Of a DNA stretch of 64,000 nt, positions 9,524 through 20,347 are shown one piece after another. Each line of letters starts with the position of its first letter. The first letter of the stretch is position 1. Source of the stretch: Bdellovibrionaceae bacterium UBA3535 (GTDB taxonomy: Bacteria > Bdellovibrionota > Bdellovibrionia > Bdellovibrionales > UBA840); contig DFOS01000028.1 in assembly GCA_002376845.1 (NCBI GenBank), forward strand, positions 1,029 through 65,028, given 5' to 3'. The notes under the pieces are model-generated. The model saw nothing but the letters and a program-made list of their open reading frames with translations. It made no database searches and was not told the origin of the DNA. The translations under genes were made by a program, and so were the position numbers.

Positions 9524-10327
9524 ATGTTAGCTATGAAAACATCAAAATTATTCTATATTCAAGTCGTTTGGACTAGCATCATCCTTGCCATTGGCATCTA
9601 TTTTAGTTTTACCAACCAGGAGCTACTCACTCGCTATACCAAAGAGGATGGCTTCATGGAGTGGTTCACATTTTTGCTCTTTGTATCAACATTCCTATTT
9701 ATGGCGCTGTACAATTACCACTATTTTTTTCAGCTAAAAAAACCTTTGTTCAATACTGCGGGGCTTACTCTAATTGGCGTGCAATTCCTGTTTTTCTTTG
9801 GAGCCATGGAAGAGGTTAGTTGGTTTCAACGAATAGCAGATATACAATCCAGTGATTTCTTTTTAAAGCACAATGCCCAAGCCGAAACCAATCTGCATAA
9901 TCTAACCATAAATGGCGTCAAAATTAACAAATTAATATTTGGTAAAATTTTATTTTTAGTCATTCTCAGTCACAATCTATTTGTTCCCCTTATCGCTAGA
10001 AAGAAAAAGTGGCTTGCTGAGTGGATTGACAAAAATGGTTTTTTTCTTCCTCCTCTTAGTCATACGTTTTTTTATATCGCGGCTGCCATAGCCATTGAAT
10101 TATTTATTGATCATGACCGTGCTAAGGAACATTTAGAAATTGTTGGCGCCATTCACTACTTCATTGTGATCTATGCAGCCTATGGTTTGGGCTATCTAAA
10201 AAAGGTGGCTTTATTTCCTAAAGCCCCAGCACTTTTTAGCCATGGCTTTTTGATCGCTTTTATACTGCTTCTTAGCTTAGTTTCATGGATATTAGGAAAC
10301 TTAAGTCTTAAAGATTTTATGTTATGA
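9524..10327 (+). CDS. integral membrane protein of unknown function
   Basis: 267 aa with multiple hydrophobic helices. Its stop overlaps the start of the next gene (ATGA at 10324-10327). Confidence 0.55.
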   Translation: MLAMKTSKLFYIQVVWTSIILAIGIYFSFTNQELLTRYTKEDGFMEWFTFLLFVSTFLFMALYNYHYFFQLKKPLFNTAGLTLIGVQFLFFFGAMEEVSWFQRIADIQSSDFFLKHNAQAETNLHNLTINGVKINKLIFGKILFLVILSHNLFVPLIARKKKWLAEWIDKNGFFLPPLSHTFFYIAAAIAIELFIDHDRAKEHLEIVGAIHYFIVIYAAYGLGYLKKVALFPKAPALFSHGFLIAFILLLSLVSWILGNLSLKDFML

Positions 10328-12227
10328 ACCTTGCTTGGAAATTACGTCTAAAATTTTTCTTAAAGAACCTTAGTATAATTTTAATTATATACTCTCTGTG
10401 CCGGATTCTTTTTATTTGGTTTCATAGTGACAACCTAGGTGCTTTCTTACAAATCTCGAACATTTATTACCTATTAATTGGTATTCGCTTTGATTTGTCC
10501 GCTATTCTGCTACTAAGCTCTTGGTGGATTTTGCTTTACCTACTACCACTGAACTACCCAAGATGGTTCAACAATACCGCCTCAAGCTTATTTATTGGCA
10601 TTCATCTTTTTTTCATATTTGTTAACTTAGGGGACATTCAATACTCTCAATTTACAGGCACACGCCTCAACTACAATCATATCCTAGCAGTATGGCCCGA
10701 TTTAGTTCGGCAGGCCGACCAATTCCTTATCAACTACTGGTACTTTGTTTTCATCCTGATGGCTGCTGCCATCGTACTTTGGCGATTTTATAGCCCCATT
10801 CGACGCCACCAGCATATTGGCTACTTGTCCTACCCACTGTTTGCTTTTTTGTGTTTGAGCTTTAGTGTTATTGGCATACGTGGCGGATTACAAAAAAAAG
10901 TTTTGCAACCTTCTCATGCTTTTCAGTACACATCTGGTCTTCAAGGCCTATACATCCTAAACTCTAGCTTTACGATTTTAAAATCGAAAACTTACGAAAA
11001 AGTAGCTCCCATCAAGGATTTTGTTGATTGGCAAGACATTCAGGCACACATACCTAAAAGAAAATGGGCCTTTCATCCCCCAAGAGAAAAAGTAAACGTT
11101 GTGGTCATCATATTGGAAAGCTTTGCCACGGAGTTTTGGGGTCTTGCCAATGGAGGCAAGGGTTATACCCCCTTTTTGATGAGCTAAGTCAAAAGTCATC
11201 GGTCTTTTTTCGATCCTTCGCGAACGGTAGGCGATCCATGCAGGCCTTTCCTGCTATTGCCTTTGGCCTCCCCTCATTGATGGACACTCCCTTTGCCAAA
11301 TCGCAATACCAATTCAATGAGTGGCATGGATTGGCAAAAATTTTAAGTGACTACCAGTACAAGACGAGCTTTTTTCATGCGGCTGAGGCTGGTAGCATGT
11401 ACTTTGATAATATGGCCTATCTTTCTGGGGTGAAGGATTACTATCCCATGGAAAAATATCCTCATCCAGAGAAAGATTTTGATGGCCACTGGGGTATCTT
11501 TGATGAACCCTTCCTGCAGTTTGCAAAAAATAAGTTCGATACTTTTGAACCGCCATTTTTTTCCATATTTTTTAGTCTTTCATCCCATCAGCCCTATGCA
11601 ATTCCTGACAAATACCAAGGTAGATTTCCTAAGGGCAATCACCCTATTGCCGAAACCATCGCCTATACCGACCATGCTTTGCGTGAATTTTTTCAAGCAG
11701 CAAAATCTTCCCCTTGGTATAAGAACACACTTTTTATAATTACTGCCGATCATACCCAAATGGGACCATCGCATGGCTATGAAAGTATCACTGGTAGATA
11801 TATGGTACCCATTTTGTTTTTCCACCCGGATAAGGACCTAAAAATGGAAACAATTCGCATCGCTCAACATGCGGATATTGAACCTAGCATCCTCGATTAT
11901 TTAGGATTAAAAGAAGAGCCAAGTTTGAAATTTGGCAGTTCATTATTTGCCAAGAATGAAGGGCGGGCTATTTTTTATGCCAATTCCACCTACCGAATGG
12001 TGAAGGACAAGCAAGTAATAGAGTGGAACCGTGTAAAAGATGAATTTATGCTCTATGAATTCCAGCAAGAGCCAAAGACATTATCTTCCCCTACAAAGAT
12101 CAGCCCCAAAGATGATCTTGCTATGGAGCTGAAGGCATTTGTATCTTATCATGATGAGGGACTAGCCAAAAACTGCCTATACAAGAAAAAATGTATCAAT
12201 TCTTATGAACATGTAGCGTTTGAGTAG
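10324..12227 (+). pseudogene. LtaS/MdoB-type phosphoglycerol/sulfatase-superfamily transferase, reading frame broken
   Basis: ORFs 10324..11187 and 11064..12227 together make one protein. It has a multi-TM N-terminus, then VNVVVIILESFATEFWG..GYTPFL / DELSQKSSVFFRSFANG...LSSHQPY...ITADHTQMG. The frame changes inside the C5T5 run at 11168-11177. Confidence 0.7.
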
Positions 12228-13317
12228 GAAACGCAAAGCCAGCACCAATTTTTTCTGCCATTTTGTATATAGCTAGATATACTCTTTGCCGCACTTCCAA
12301 TTCATCGCGATAATCCACCACATCAGCATGGTATAGTAGCAATACATTCAAACTAAAATCACCGTACGACTCAAAGGCTACCTGATAGGTATCATTCACC
12401 ACTTGCGGCTCTGCTTTTAAGATTTCTTTTACTGACGATATAAATAGTTCCATCACCTCAGGACTGGTGGAGTACTCAAGTCCCAAAGAGGTTAGTGTTC
12501 TTCGGTAAGGTCTTCTTCCCATATTGTCCACATTGGCCTTTGCTAACTGCGCATTAGGAATAATAACTTGTGAATTGTAAAAGGTTCGGATTTTTGTGGA
12601 GCGAAAACCAATATCCTCCACACTTCCTTCTACTCCATCAACCACAATATAATCACCAATTTTAAATGGTTTATCTAATAAGATCATAATCGAGCCAAAG
12701 AGATTGGCACATGTGTCTTGCGCCGCCAAGGCAAAGGCCAAGCCTCCTATACCCAAACCAGCCAGAACGGACATGATATTCACACCTAAATTTTGAATCA
12801 TGACCAGTATGCCGAAAATTACGACCAAAACTTTTAAAGTTTTTGTTAAAAAATAAATAATTTGATTATCAAGATGGATGTTCTTTCTTCGTAAGCCTTT
12901 ATTAAAAAATTCTACCCATAGATCCACCGAGTGGTATGTCATCATAATCAAGGCATAGGCAATGTATACCTTGAAGGCGAATAAAAACACCTTTTCCACC
13001 TCGCCGCCAAGAACAACCAAAGGCACGGTGTAATAAAGAAAGGCCCCTACACAAGCCTTATTCAAATAGGGTTCAATGGTTTCCAGCAGGCGATCATCCC
13101 AATCAGTTTTGGTTTTGGCCGCAATATTAAAGATGCGCATGAGAAAGAAATGCAGGATTCTACGTATAAAAAACGTAAATAGAAAAATACCAAATAAGGC
13201 CAACCATTTCCAATTTTCTATTAATAAGTATTGCTCTTGAAAAACTGCATACTTTTGAACCAGTTGGGGAAACTGTGATTTGAAATCCATGGGGCCTCCT
13301 ATTGCAAGGTTAAACAA
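12196..13317 (-). CDS. small-conductance mechanosensitive channel (MscS family)
   Basis: TM helices followed by GLGIGGLAFALAAQDTCANLFGSIMILLDKPFKIGDYI, the MscS pore-helix/beta-domain signature. Confidence 0.9.
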   Translation of the reverse strand: MFNLAIGGPMDFKSQFPQLVQKYAVFQEQYLLIENWKWLALFGIFLFTFFIRRILHFFLMRIFNIAAKTKTDWDDRLLETIEPYLNKACVGAFLYYTVPLVVLGGEVEKVFLFAFKVYIAYALIMMTYHSVDLWVEFFNKGLRRKNIHLDNQIIYFLTKTLKVLVVIFGILVMIQNLGVNIMSVLAGLGIGGLAFALAAQDTCANLFGSIMILLDKPFKIGDYIVVDGVEGSVEDIGFRSTKIRTFYNSQVIIPNAQLAKANVDNMGRRPYRRTLTSLGLEYSTSPEVMELFISSVKEILKAEPQVVNDTYQVAFESYGDFSLNVLLLYHADVVDYRDELEVRQRVYLAIYKMAEKIGAGFAFPTQTLHVHKN

Positions 13318-13343
13318 GGACAGCCCCAGGTTGTCAACGCTAT

Positions 13344-14102
13344 CTATTCTAAGCGTTGGGCAGTTCCGTCACCTGTAACATAGAACAGATCTACACGCTC
13401 TTCATCTACGATCATGGTACTTATTTCATAATGCACCTTCATATCTAAACCAGGAACAGGTGATTTTTCCAGCCCTACATTTCGAATATCTGATGCCATT
13501 ACCTTGGCATTCAATTTGTAGCCCCAAAGAACGCGAACTTGCACAGGACTGATCTGTAGATTTCCTAAATAGGAACCAGTTCCTTTGTAAGAGCCGCCAT
13601 AGGAATACGACAATCTATAAGTAAAGGTCACCACTTCCATGCCGTAAGCATTCACGTAAGCAACTTGGTAGACTTTTGAAGCTGGTGCACTCCAGCCTGA
13701 CATTTCCGACCAGTTTTTTACATTTTCAGGCAATACGCTCAAAGCATCCCACTCGGTTTGTCTTACCGGTGCATTTTCCTTGATGATTTGATAAATAAGC
13801 TTTCCATATCTAGAGAAATTATATAGCTGCCCTACAACTCTGCTACCCGAGGCTCCTGGTGCAATCTCCCCCTGTAAATTTACTATGGGTGTGGAAAGGT
13901 TTAAATAATCGCTTTCCACCAACATATAGGAGTCTTTATGCTCTCTAAGTTTAGCCGCAAGCTCCTCCAAACTAAGATCACTTAATTCTCGGACTTCGAC
14001 TTTTTTGATTTGATGATACAGCGGATCCACCAGCAATGATTTGTCCGTCGCATACAATGGATTTGTAAGTATTATACCTAATACTGTGATAAATAATTTC
14101 AT
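13344..14102 (-). CDS. secreted hypothetical protein
   Basis: 252 aa with signal peptide MKLFITVLGIILTNPLYA. No known motif recognised. Confidence 0.55.
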   Translation of the reverse strand: MKLFITVLGIILTNPLYATDKSLLVDPLYHQIKKVEVRELSDLSLEELAAKLREHKDSYMLVESDYLNLSTPIVNLQGEIAPGASGSRVVGQLYNFSRYGKLIYQIIKENAPVRQTEWDALSVLPENVKNWSEMSGWSAPASKVYQVAYVNAYGMEVVTFTYRLSYSYGGSYKGTGSYLGNLQISPVQVRVLWGYKLNAKVMASDIRNVGLEKSPVPGLDMKVHYEISTMIVDEERVDLFYVTGDGTAQRLE

Positions 14103-14249
14103 ATCCCTACCCCCTGGCTGCAGATTTAAAGAAATTCAGCCACTTAAGCAAGTAAAAATTATATACTTTAGGTACCTAACAGGAATCTCATCACCACAAG
14201 CGGCAAATTGTAAATTTGTAGTGTCAAAATGGGACTTGGCTATATAAAA

Positions 14250-14819
14250 TCAGCCGGCTTTTTTATGACCTTGCTGCTGCTCAAAGTAAAGGCGTACTAG
14301 CGGTTTGTAACGCTCCCAATTTTGCAGCTCCAAAATCGCAAGAATCAAATCTTCTGTCCAAGCCATTCCGCTTGCATGTTTCGCCGAAATTTCCGCTGCC
14401 AGATGGATATACTTTTTGATTTCTTGATCTAAGATTTTCTTCCATTTTCTTTGCAGATAAAAATACAAAAAGGCCAAGATCACCAAACTAAATAGAAAAC
14501 CCAAAGCAAATAGATAAAAATACATTTCCATAGCCTCTACTTTTTGCGCCATGGTCGATATGGATGCGCCATCACCAGAAGAGTTAGCTAGCACGCTCTG
14601 CATTTGCAAACGTAAATCTGGTGTAGCTAGAATTTCTTTAACCGTAAGATCATGCAAGGCCTTTAGCTTTTCCTGATTTACCTGGTAATGAATGGCATTT
14701 TTTAATTCATGAAAATGCTGAAAGTAAAAAGCACTAGCAAGCAGACTAAAAACTAGCAAAGCCACATTTACGGCTATGGATAATTTTATTAGTAAATAAA
14801 TACGCCTAAGTCTTTTCAT
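14250..14819 (-). CDS. membrane protein of unknown function
   Basis: 189 aa with two hydrophobic helices. Its start overlaps the stop of the upstream AI-2E gene by 4 nt. Confidence 0.5.
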   Translation of the reverse strand: MKRLRRIYLLIKLSIAVNVALLVFSLLASAFYFQHFHELKNAIHYQVNQEKLKALHDLTVKEILATPDLRLQMQSVLANSSGDGASISTMAQKVEAMEMYFYLFALGFLFSLVILAFLYFYLQRKWKKILDQEIKKYIHLAAEISAKHASGMAWTEDLILAILELQNWERYKPLVRLYFEQQQGHKKAG

Positions 14820-16060
14820 ATAATTTTATATGCCTTTAATTGTTGTGTGAGCGTTTCCACCACCACTTTTAACATTACAATGCTTGGTACCGCGAGAAGC
14901 ATGCCGACCCACCCCATTAATCCTGCGCCAGCCATTACACCTAATACCACAATCAATGGGTGAAGATTTACAGCATTCCCTAAAACAAATGGTTGAAAGT
15001 ATATATTGTCCAAAGCTTGCGCGATCGCCACTGAAAGAATCACTCCCCAATAAATATTTTCCACAGAAAATAGTGGCAATATACCATTCACATCCTCAAT
15101 GATTAACGAATACAATAGACCAATTACTAATCCTATCAATGGCCCAAGAAAAGGTATGGCATTGGCCACCCCGGCAATAATGGAAATCAGCAAGGCTGCT
15201 TTAAAGGGAAAGCCTATTAAAAAGAAACAAACAAACAAACTTAGCGCCACTAGTGAGCACTGTACAAAAGTTCCTCGCAAATAACTTCCGATGGCTTTAT
15301 CTACTTTGTAAGCAATATTTAAACTCAATTCAAAATAACGATTGGGAATAAACGAAACCAGGTAGCGTCGAATTTTACCCTGATCAAACAGCAAAAAGAA
15401 AAAAACAATTGGCATTAATAACCACGCAGTGAATGATGAGTAAATCTCAGATAAATTGACATTAAAACTATTGATTATGCTTTCTTTCGAGCTCGCTAAT
15501 TTTCTAACTTGCCCATAATAATTGTTCTTCACGTACAAGTAGTAGGAAACAATACTATACTCCTCATTTTCATCGAGGTTGTTCAAATATATTTTTTCAA
15601 ATTCTGCTTGCTCTGGTTCATTTAAGGTTAACAAAGTATTGATATTGTTACGCAGAGAAGCTGTTTCTGCTTTCAACCACGTAGACAAATAAGAGCCTTC
15701 CTTATCGACAATATTGTCATAGATTTGATTGATCTTATACTGCAAGCGAATCTTTAAGGAAAGCTGCTCCTCCGCATTGGGAATCGCGTTTTTTACCTGA
15801 CTAGCCGCAATAGCCAGAGCGCTAAAAATTAACAAGGTGAATACACATAGCTTCGCGAAAGATTTTACATTTCGCACACGCATATTGGCAATCACCGGCT
15901 TACATAGGTATGCCAGCAGCGCACCAAATATCATCGGCACTAATAGCGGCCGTATGCCTACGAATACATAGTAGGTGACTAGCAATAGAAATAGCCCCAA
16001 TATGGTATAAAAGGCTATAGATCTATATTTTTTATGATTATCCTGCTGACTGGAATTCAT
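14816..16060 (-). CDS. AI-2E family (PerM/UPF0118) transporter
   Basis: 414-aa polytopic protein. The C-terminal block FQPFVLGNAVNLHPLIVVLGVMAGAGLMGWVGMLLAVP is typical of the family. Confidence 0.8.
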   Translation of the reverse strand: MNSSQQDNHKKYRSIAFYTILGLFLLLVTYYVFVGIRPLLVPMIFGALLAYLCKPVIANMRVRNVKSFAKLCVFTLLIFSALAIAASQVKNAIPNAEEQLSLKIRLQYKINQIYDNIVDKEGSYLSTWLKAETASLRNNINTLLTLNEPEQAEFEKIYLNNLDENEEYSIVSYYLYVKNNYYGQVRKLASSKESIINSFNVNLSEIYSSFTAWLLMPIVFFFLLFDQGKIRRYLVSFIPNRYFELSLNIAYKVDKAIGSYLRGTFVQCSLVALSLFVCFFLIGFPFKAALLISIIAGVANAIPFLGPLIGLVIGLLYSLIIEDVNGILPLFSVENIYWGVILSVAIAQALDNIYFQPFVLGNAVNLHPLIVVLGVMAGAGLMGWVGMLLAVPSIVMLKVVVETLTQQLKAYKII

Positions 16061-16583
16061 TGGAATTTCCTAAGTCGTTTTTTTCAAATAAATCGTTCAT
16101 GGATTTTAAACGCTCGGCAATCAGGCCCGCCAACGAACGATATACCTTTGCCGCGATATCGGGGTCTGTATACAGCATTCGCTCTAAATCTTTACGGTGT
16201 AAAGCATAGACAATGGCTCTTTTTTTCACTCTAGCTGCAGCTGATCTCTCACTTTTATCGACCAAAGACATATCCCCAAGACATTCTTTTTCTCGAATGG
16301 TCGCAATGGTATAATTCTGATCATTTTTGCTGATCTCGATATCTACTTCTCCCTTTTGTACCAAGAACAACGCAGCCCCCGGATGCTTGGCTTCAAAAAT
16401 ATATTCCCCTACTTCATAGACTCGCTTGTATAAAAAATTGCTTAAACGAGCTATTTGCCAATCACTTAGTGACTGAAAGATATATATTTCTTTAAGAAAG
16501 GAGATCAAAGTGCCTTTGGTTTTATACTTGGCATTTTTTACTATGGCTTTCCACAGGATTTCTTGAGCTAAGCGATTGGACAT
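16038..16583 (-). CDS. cyclic-nucleotide-binding domain protein
   Basis: 181 aa with cNMP-binding beta-roll pattern: YEVGEYIFEAKHPGAALFLVQKGEVDI...LGDMSLVDKSERSAAARV. Confidence 0.8.
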   Translation of the reverse strand: MSNRLAQEILWKAIVKNAKYKTKGTLISFLKEIYIFQSLSDWQIARLSNFLYKRVYEVGEYIFEAKHPGAALFLVQKGEVDIEISKNDQNYTIATIREKECLGDMSLVDKSERSAAARVKKRAIVYALHRKDLERMLYTDPDIAAKVYRSLAGLIAERLKSMNDLFEKNDLGNSNEFQSAG

Positions 16584-16612
16584 ACTTTGTTATCGGAAGA
16601 CCTAAAAAAATC

Positions 16613-19081
16613 TCAATATTTTTGAAACTTTTTTTGCCGCAAAATCTTAGCTTCCCAGACAAAGGTTAGGAGGAAGAAAAGCAAGAAAGATACTCCGATA
16701 TACAGTGAGTATTTCCAGCTATATGTCCAGTTCATATTGAATATACTAGCCACTATGTACATAGATAGAAAATAAGCACCCAACATGGAAGTAAGAAAGG
16801 AGAAACAAAATTGTGAAATCAACTCCACAAACAACATTTGAGACATATCTTTCTGTGATAGACCCATGATATAAAAGATACGAAAGTCTTCCTGCCTTGT
16901 TTTCATAAAATGCTGGTAAATTGCAATAAAGACTATGCCCCCAACAAACAAGGAAAATAGGCTTAAGTACTGCAGCAAAGACTTAAAGTCATACATTAAA
17001 TCAAGAACTCCCGCGATGATACTATCTAAATCAACGCTTGAAATATTGCTAAATCTCTCACTAATATTAAATTGCAATTGCGCCTTTTGCTCTTCATTTA
17101 GGTTTGAGATTGTGCCTATATAAGTTTTCGGAAAGTCATTTAGTGGACCATCACCAAATTGCACAAAGAAATTGGGCTGAAAACTAAGCCAATTTACATA
17201 GCGAATATTGGCAACTTCAGCCTTTATTTTTTGCCCTAGGATATCAAAGGCAAGTATGTCCCCTATATAGATATCCGTTCTCTCAGAAAAGCGCTTTTCG
17301 ATGCTTACAGGTACATAGTCCCCTTTGTATTCATTAAGATCGATTCCTTTAAGTAGCTTTTCGTCCTTACTTAATTCCTTGCGATAGGTAAGATTAAAGG
17401 CTCGGTTGCGAAAATATTCTTTTCTACGACTTTCTTGTGTCTCGATATCAAGAAAACTAGAATCCTTCACCTCACGATCATTAATAGAAATTAGCCTAGC
17501 ACGAATGAAGGGAGAGGGCAGATTCAGCGAGACCGCAAAACTATCATTTAAAAAGCTTTTCAAGGGATCTAGCTGATCTTCTTGTATATCCAGCAAAAAT
17601 AAATTGGGATGATTCTCTACCAAGAGTTCCTTTTCGATATTACTTGTAACCAGAGGTATGACCTGCACCAAAGTCATACCGACAACCAAAGAAAAAGATA
17701 TGCTTAGAAAAGTACCTTGCTTGCGCTTTAACAACAATCGAACATACTTGATGGTAAATAAATTCTTAAACATTGAGAGCAAATAAATAAAGATCTGAAG
17801 AAAAAACCAAATCGCTACTAGCAGTAGTAAGATGGTCACCATAAATATCGCCGTCATCATAATGGAGTTAGTAAATAAAAAAGCCAAAGCTAGTAGAAAC
17901 AATACAAAAACAGCCAAGTAAGTTTTTGAAAGCCTTATGTCATAGGCAGCAAAATCACCGCCTAATAACTTTGCCGCACCACTTGTGCGTATATTGTTGC
18001 GGTAGATAAAATATATTAATACATGCAAAAGATAAGAAAACAAAAAGGTATAGACTAGTGACAACCAAGAAATCTCTAAATCAATATCACGAAAAAAAGA
18101 TAGATCTCGAACTAGAAGAACACAAATCCATTGCAAGGCAGCTACAATTAAAAAGAACAAGATAGAGATTTCAAGAATTACAAAATTCCATATTTTTAAA
18201 ATATAGGCTGTAGAATAACCCAAGACTTTATGAATCAATATATCAGAAAAAGATTCCAGTAAAAATTGCCGAAAACTATATAAACAGCCAATGGCCGCAT
18301 AAATAAAACAGACCAATGCCATCAACGACATGAACTGTGTCATGCGCTCTACAACTCGAATGGATTGACTAGAGTTTTCATCAAAAGATCTAATTCTAAT
18401 GCTAGTATTCTTCGTTGCTAAAGATAGTACAGAACTAACCACCTTAATATCTACATCTTCTTTTAATTTTAAATGTAGTTTTCGGGTCTCCGAGCTTAAA
18501 GGACCTATTAAGGCCGAGCCTTCCACGCCTTGTTTAGCCACATAAATCGATGGCAAAAACGCCTGAAAATTAAATGTGGCATGCGGTTTATCTAAAATTT
18601 TTGCAACTTGGTATTCGTTATCACCAACATAAAAACTGTCTCCTAGATTCAGATTCAGTCTAGCAGAAGCTTCTTTAGATAGGACGGAAAAACCCGGTTG
18701 TTTAGCTTTTTGAACGTCACTTTCTAGTTCTTCATTGTAGTATGGAAACTTCTTATCAATGGCTACCAAATTGACGAGAAGAGAGACTTTATCCGTGCGT
18801 GCCATGCTTACAACTTCAATATTTTCATGCCAGTCCTGTATTTGCTCCTGGATAGGCTGCAAATAATGATCTATATCCTCTTCCCACTTACCACGAACCG
18901 ACATCATAATATCGGCAGTAAGAAGCTTTTTGCCATCACGTATTATTTTTTGATCAAGGGAAGAACTAAAAGCACTAACTAAACTAAGACCGATGAGACC
19001 AAAAATTGTATACAGCCAAGAACGCTTAAGATAGCGGACAACACTACGTTGCAACCAAATAAAATGCTTAATCCACATCAA
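16613..19081 (-). CDS. FtsX-like ABC transporter permease (YbbP-like, duplicated FtsX domains)
   Basis: 822 aa with two blocks of TM helices separated by large soluble loops. It is translationally overlapped with the upstream ATPase gene. Confidence 0.85.
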   Translation of the reverse strand: MMWIKHFIWLQRSVVRYLKRSWLYTIFGLIGLSLVSAFSSSLDQKIIRDGKKLLTADIMMSVRGKWEEDIDHYLQPIQEQIQDWHENIEVVSMARTDKVSLLVNLVAIDKKFPYYNEELESDVQKAKQPGFSVLSKEASARLNLNLGDSFYVGDNEYQVAKILDKPHATFNFQAFLPSIYVAKQGVEGSALIGPLSSETRKLHLKLKEDVDIKVVSSVLSLATKNTSIRIRSFDENSSQSIRVVERMTQFMSLMALVCFIYAAIGCLYSFRQFLLESFSDILIHKVLGYSTAYILKIWNFVILEISILFFLIVAALQWICVLLVRDLSFFRDIDLEISWLSLVYTFLFSYLLHVLIYFIYRNNIRTSGAAKLLGGDFAAYDIRLSKTYLAVFVLFLLALAFLFTNSIMMTAIFMVTILLLLVAIWFFLQIFIYLLSMFKNLFTIKYVRLLLKRKQGTFLSISFSLVVGMTLVQVIPLVTSNIEKELLVENHPNLFLLDIQEDQLDPLKSFLNDSFAVSLNLPSPFIRARLISINDREVKDSSFLDIETQESRRKEYFRNRAFNLTYRKELSKDEKLLKGIDLNEYKGDYVPVSIEKRFSERTDIYIGDILAFDILGQKIKAEVANIRYVNWLSFQPNFFVQFGDGPLNDFPKTYIGTISNLNEEQKAQLQFNISERFSNISSVDLDSIIAGVLDLMYDFKSLLQYLSLFSLFVGGIVFIAIYQHFMKTRQEDFRIFYIMGLSQKDMSQMLFVELISQFCFSFLTSMLGAYFLSMYIVASIFNMNWTYSWKYSLYIGVSFLLFFLLTFVWEAKILRQKKFQKY

Positions 19082-19724
19082 TCAATGTTCCATTATGTAG
19101 TTTTTTTCGAAAATCTGTGCGAGCTGCCAATTCTTCATCATGCGTTACCAATACCAAAGTAGAATGTAGTTGCCGCAAAAGAGCAAACAACATATCCATC
19201 ACCCGATTACCTGTCTCGCGGTCAAGGTTTCCACTAGGCTCGTCCGCAATTATAATTTCAGGCTTCATAATCAACGCCCGAGCAATGGCTACCCGCTGAC
19301 ACTCTCCCCCACTTAATTGATGGGGGTAATGGTTGGCACGGTCTTTTAGCCCCACAAGATCCAGCCACTTCAAAGGATCTTCCTGGTTGTCTTTTATATC
19401 CCTGGCAAGCTCCACATTTTCTTTAGCAGTTAAATAGGATACCAAATGATAATTTTGAAAAATAATACCAATATTTTGTGCGCGAAAATGGCTTAGCTCA
19501 TTTTCTGATAAATTATTTATTTTTACACCAGCAATTTCAATTTCGCCACTATCACCGTGTTCTAATCCTGAAAGCAAACTTAATAATGTGGTTTTACCAG
19601 ATCCACTCGGACCAATAATACTAAGACTCTTGCCTTTATCTAAAGAAAAAGAAATGTCTTTTAAAACTTCGATACTTCTTTGCGGCAAAGCAAAGGACTT
19701 TTTAATGTGATTTAATTTTATCAT
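19068..19724 (-). CDS. ABC transporter ATP-binding protein (YbbA/LolD-like)
   Basis: Walker A GPSGSGKT, signature LSGGECQR, Walker B IIIADEP, H-loop VTHD. Confidence 0.9.
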   Translation of the reverse strand: MIKLNHIKKSFALPQRSIEVLKDISFSLDKGKSLSIIGPSGSGKTTLLSLLSGLEHGDSGEIEIAGVKINNLSENELSHFRAQNIGIIFQNYHLVSYLTAKENVELARDIKDNQEDPLKWLDLVGLKDRANHYPHQLSGGECQRVAIARALIMKPEIIIADEPSGNLDRETGNRVMDMLFALLRQLHSTLVLVTHDEELAARTDFRKKLHNGTLIDVD

Positions 19725-20316
19725 AATTCTTTCTTATAAACTTATATAGTTTTTCCGCAATCAGTGAATAACCTTTTTCATTTGGATGAATGCCATCTTT
19801 TAGGTTTAAGTCTTTGTTGGCAGCAACACCTTCCAGCAAAAAAGGATATAGTAAAAGATCGTGTTTCTTGGCTAATTTAGAATATAATTGGGTAAATTCC
19901 TTTGTATATTCTTGCCCGTAATTTGTGGGAATTCTCATACCCAGTAAGACCAATGACAATTGTTTTTCTTTAGATAGAGATATGACATTCTCCAGATTTT
20001 TCTCCAATGCCTTTATGGGCTGACCACGCAAACCATCGTTAGCCCCAAGAGCTACGAATACAACATCCACGTCCTTTTTTAAGTAAAATCGTAGGGTTTG
20101 CGGGCCTATGGCAGAAGTTGCGCCGGATACTCCCGCGTTAAAAACTTGGATGGTATCGTCAGGGTGTTTTTCGTTCCAGAGCTTTTCTAGTTTTGCTGGA
20201 AACGCACTCTCTTTGGACAATCCGTAACCTTCGGTTAAGGAGTCGCCTATAAAAAGCCAAGTTTGACTGGCAAATACATAGCCAAATAATATTGCAAACA
20301 TAAGAAACCCTATCAT
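19702..20316 (-). CDS. SGNH/GDSL arylesterase-lysophospholipase (TesA-like)
   Basis: Block I FIGDSLTEGYG, block III GANDGLRG, block V DGIHPNEKG. The position next to ybbA/ybbP-like genes mirrors the enterobacterial tesA-ybbA-ybbP neighbourhood. Confidence 0.85.
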   Translation of the reverse strand: MIGFLMFAILFGYVFASQTWLFIGDSLTEGYGLSKESAFPAKLEKLWNEKHPDDTIQVFNAGVSGATSAIGPQTLRFYLKKDVDVVFVALGANDGLRGQPIKALEKNLENVISLSKEKQLSLVLLGMRIPTNYGQEYTKEFTQLYSKLAKKHDLLLYPFLLEGVAANKDLNLKDGIHPNEKGYSLIAEKLYKFIRKNYDKIKSH

Positions 20317-20347
20317 ATCGGCGCAAGGCCAAGAAATCTTTTAATCT

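Noticed and set aside
11064-11167. The N-terminal 35 residues of ORF 11064..12227 (MGLSSPKRKSKRCGHHIGKLCHG...).
   Set aside because: This is an out-of-frame reading of the region that, in the upstream frame, encodes the conserved VVVIILESFATEFWG sulfatase-fold block. The real junction is at the C5T5 run.
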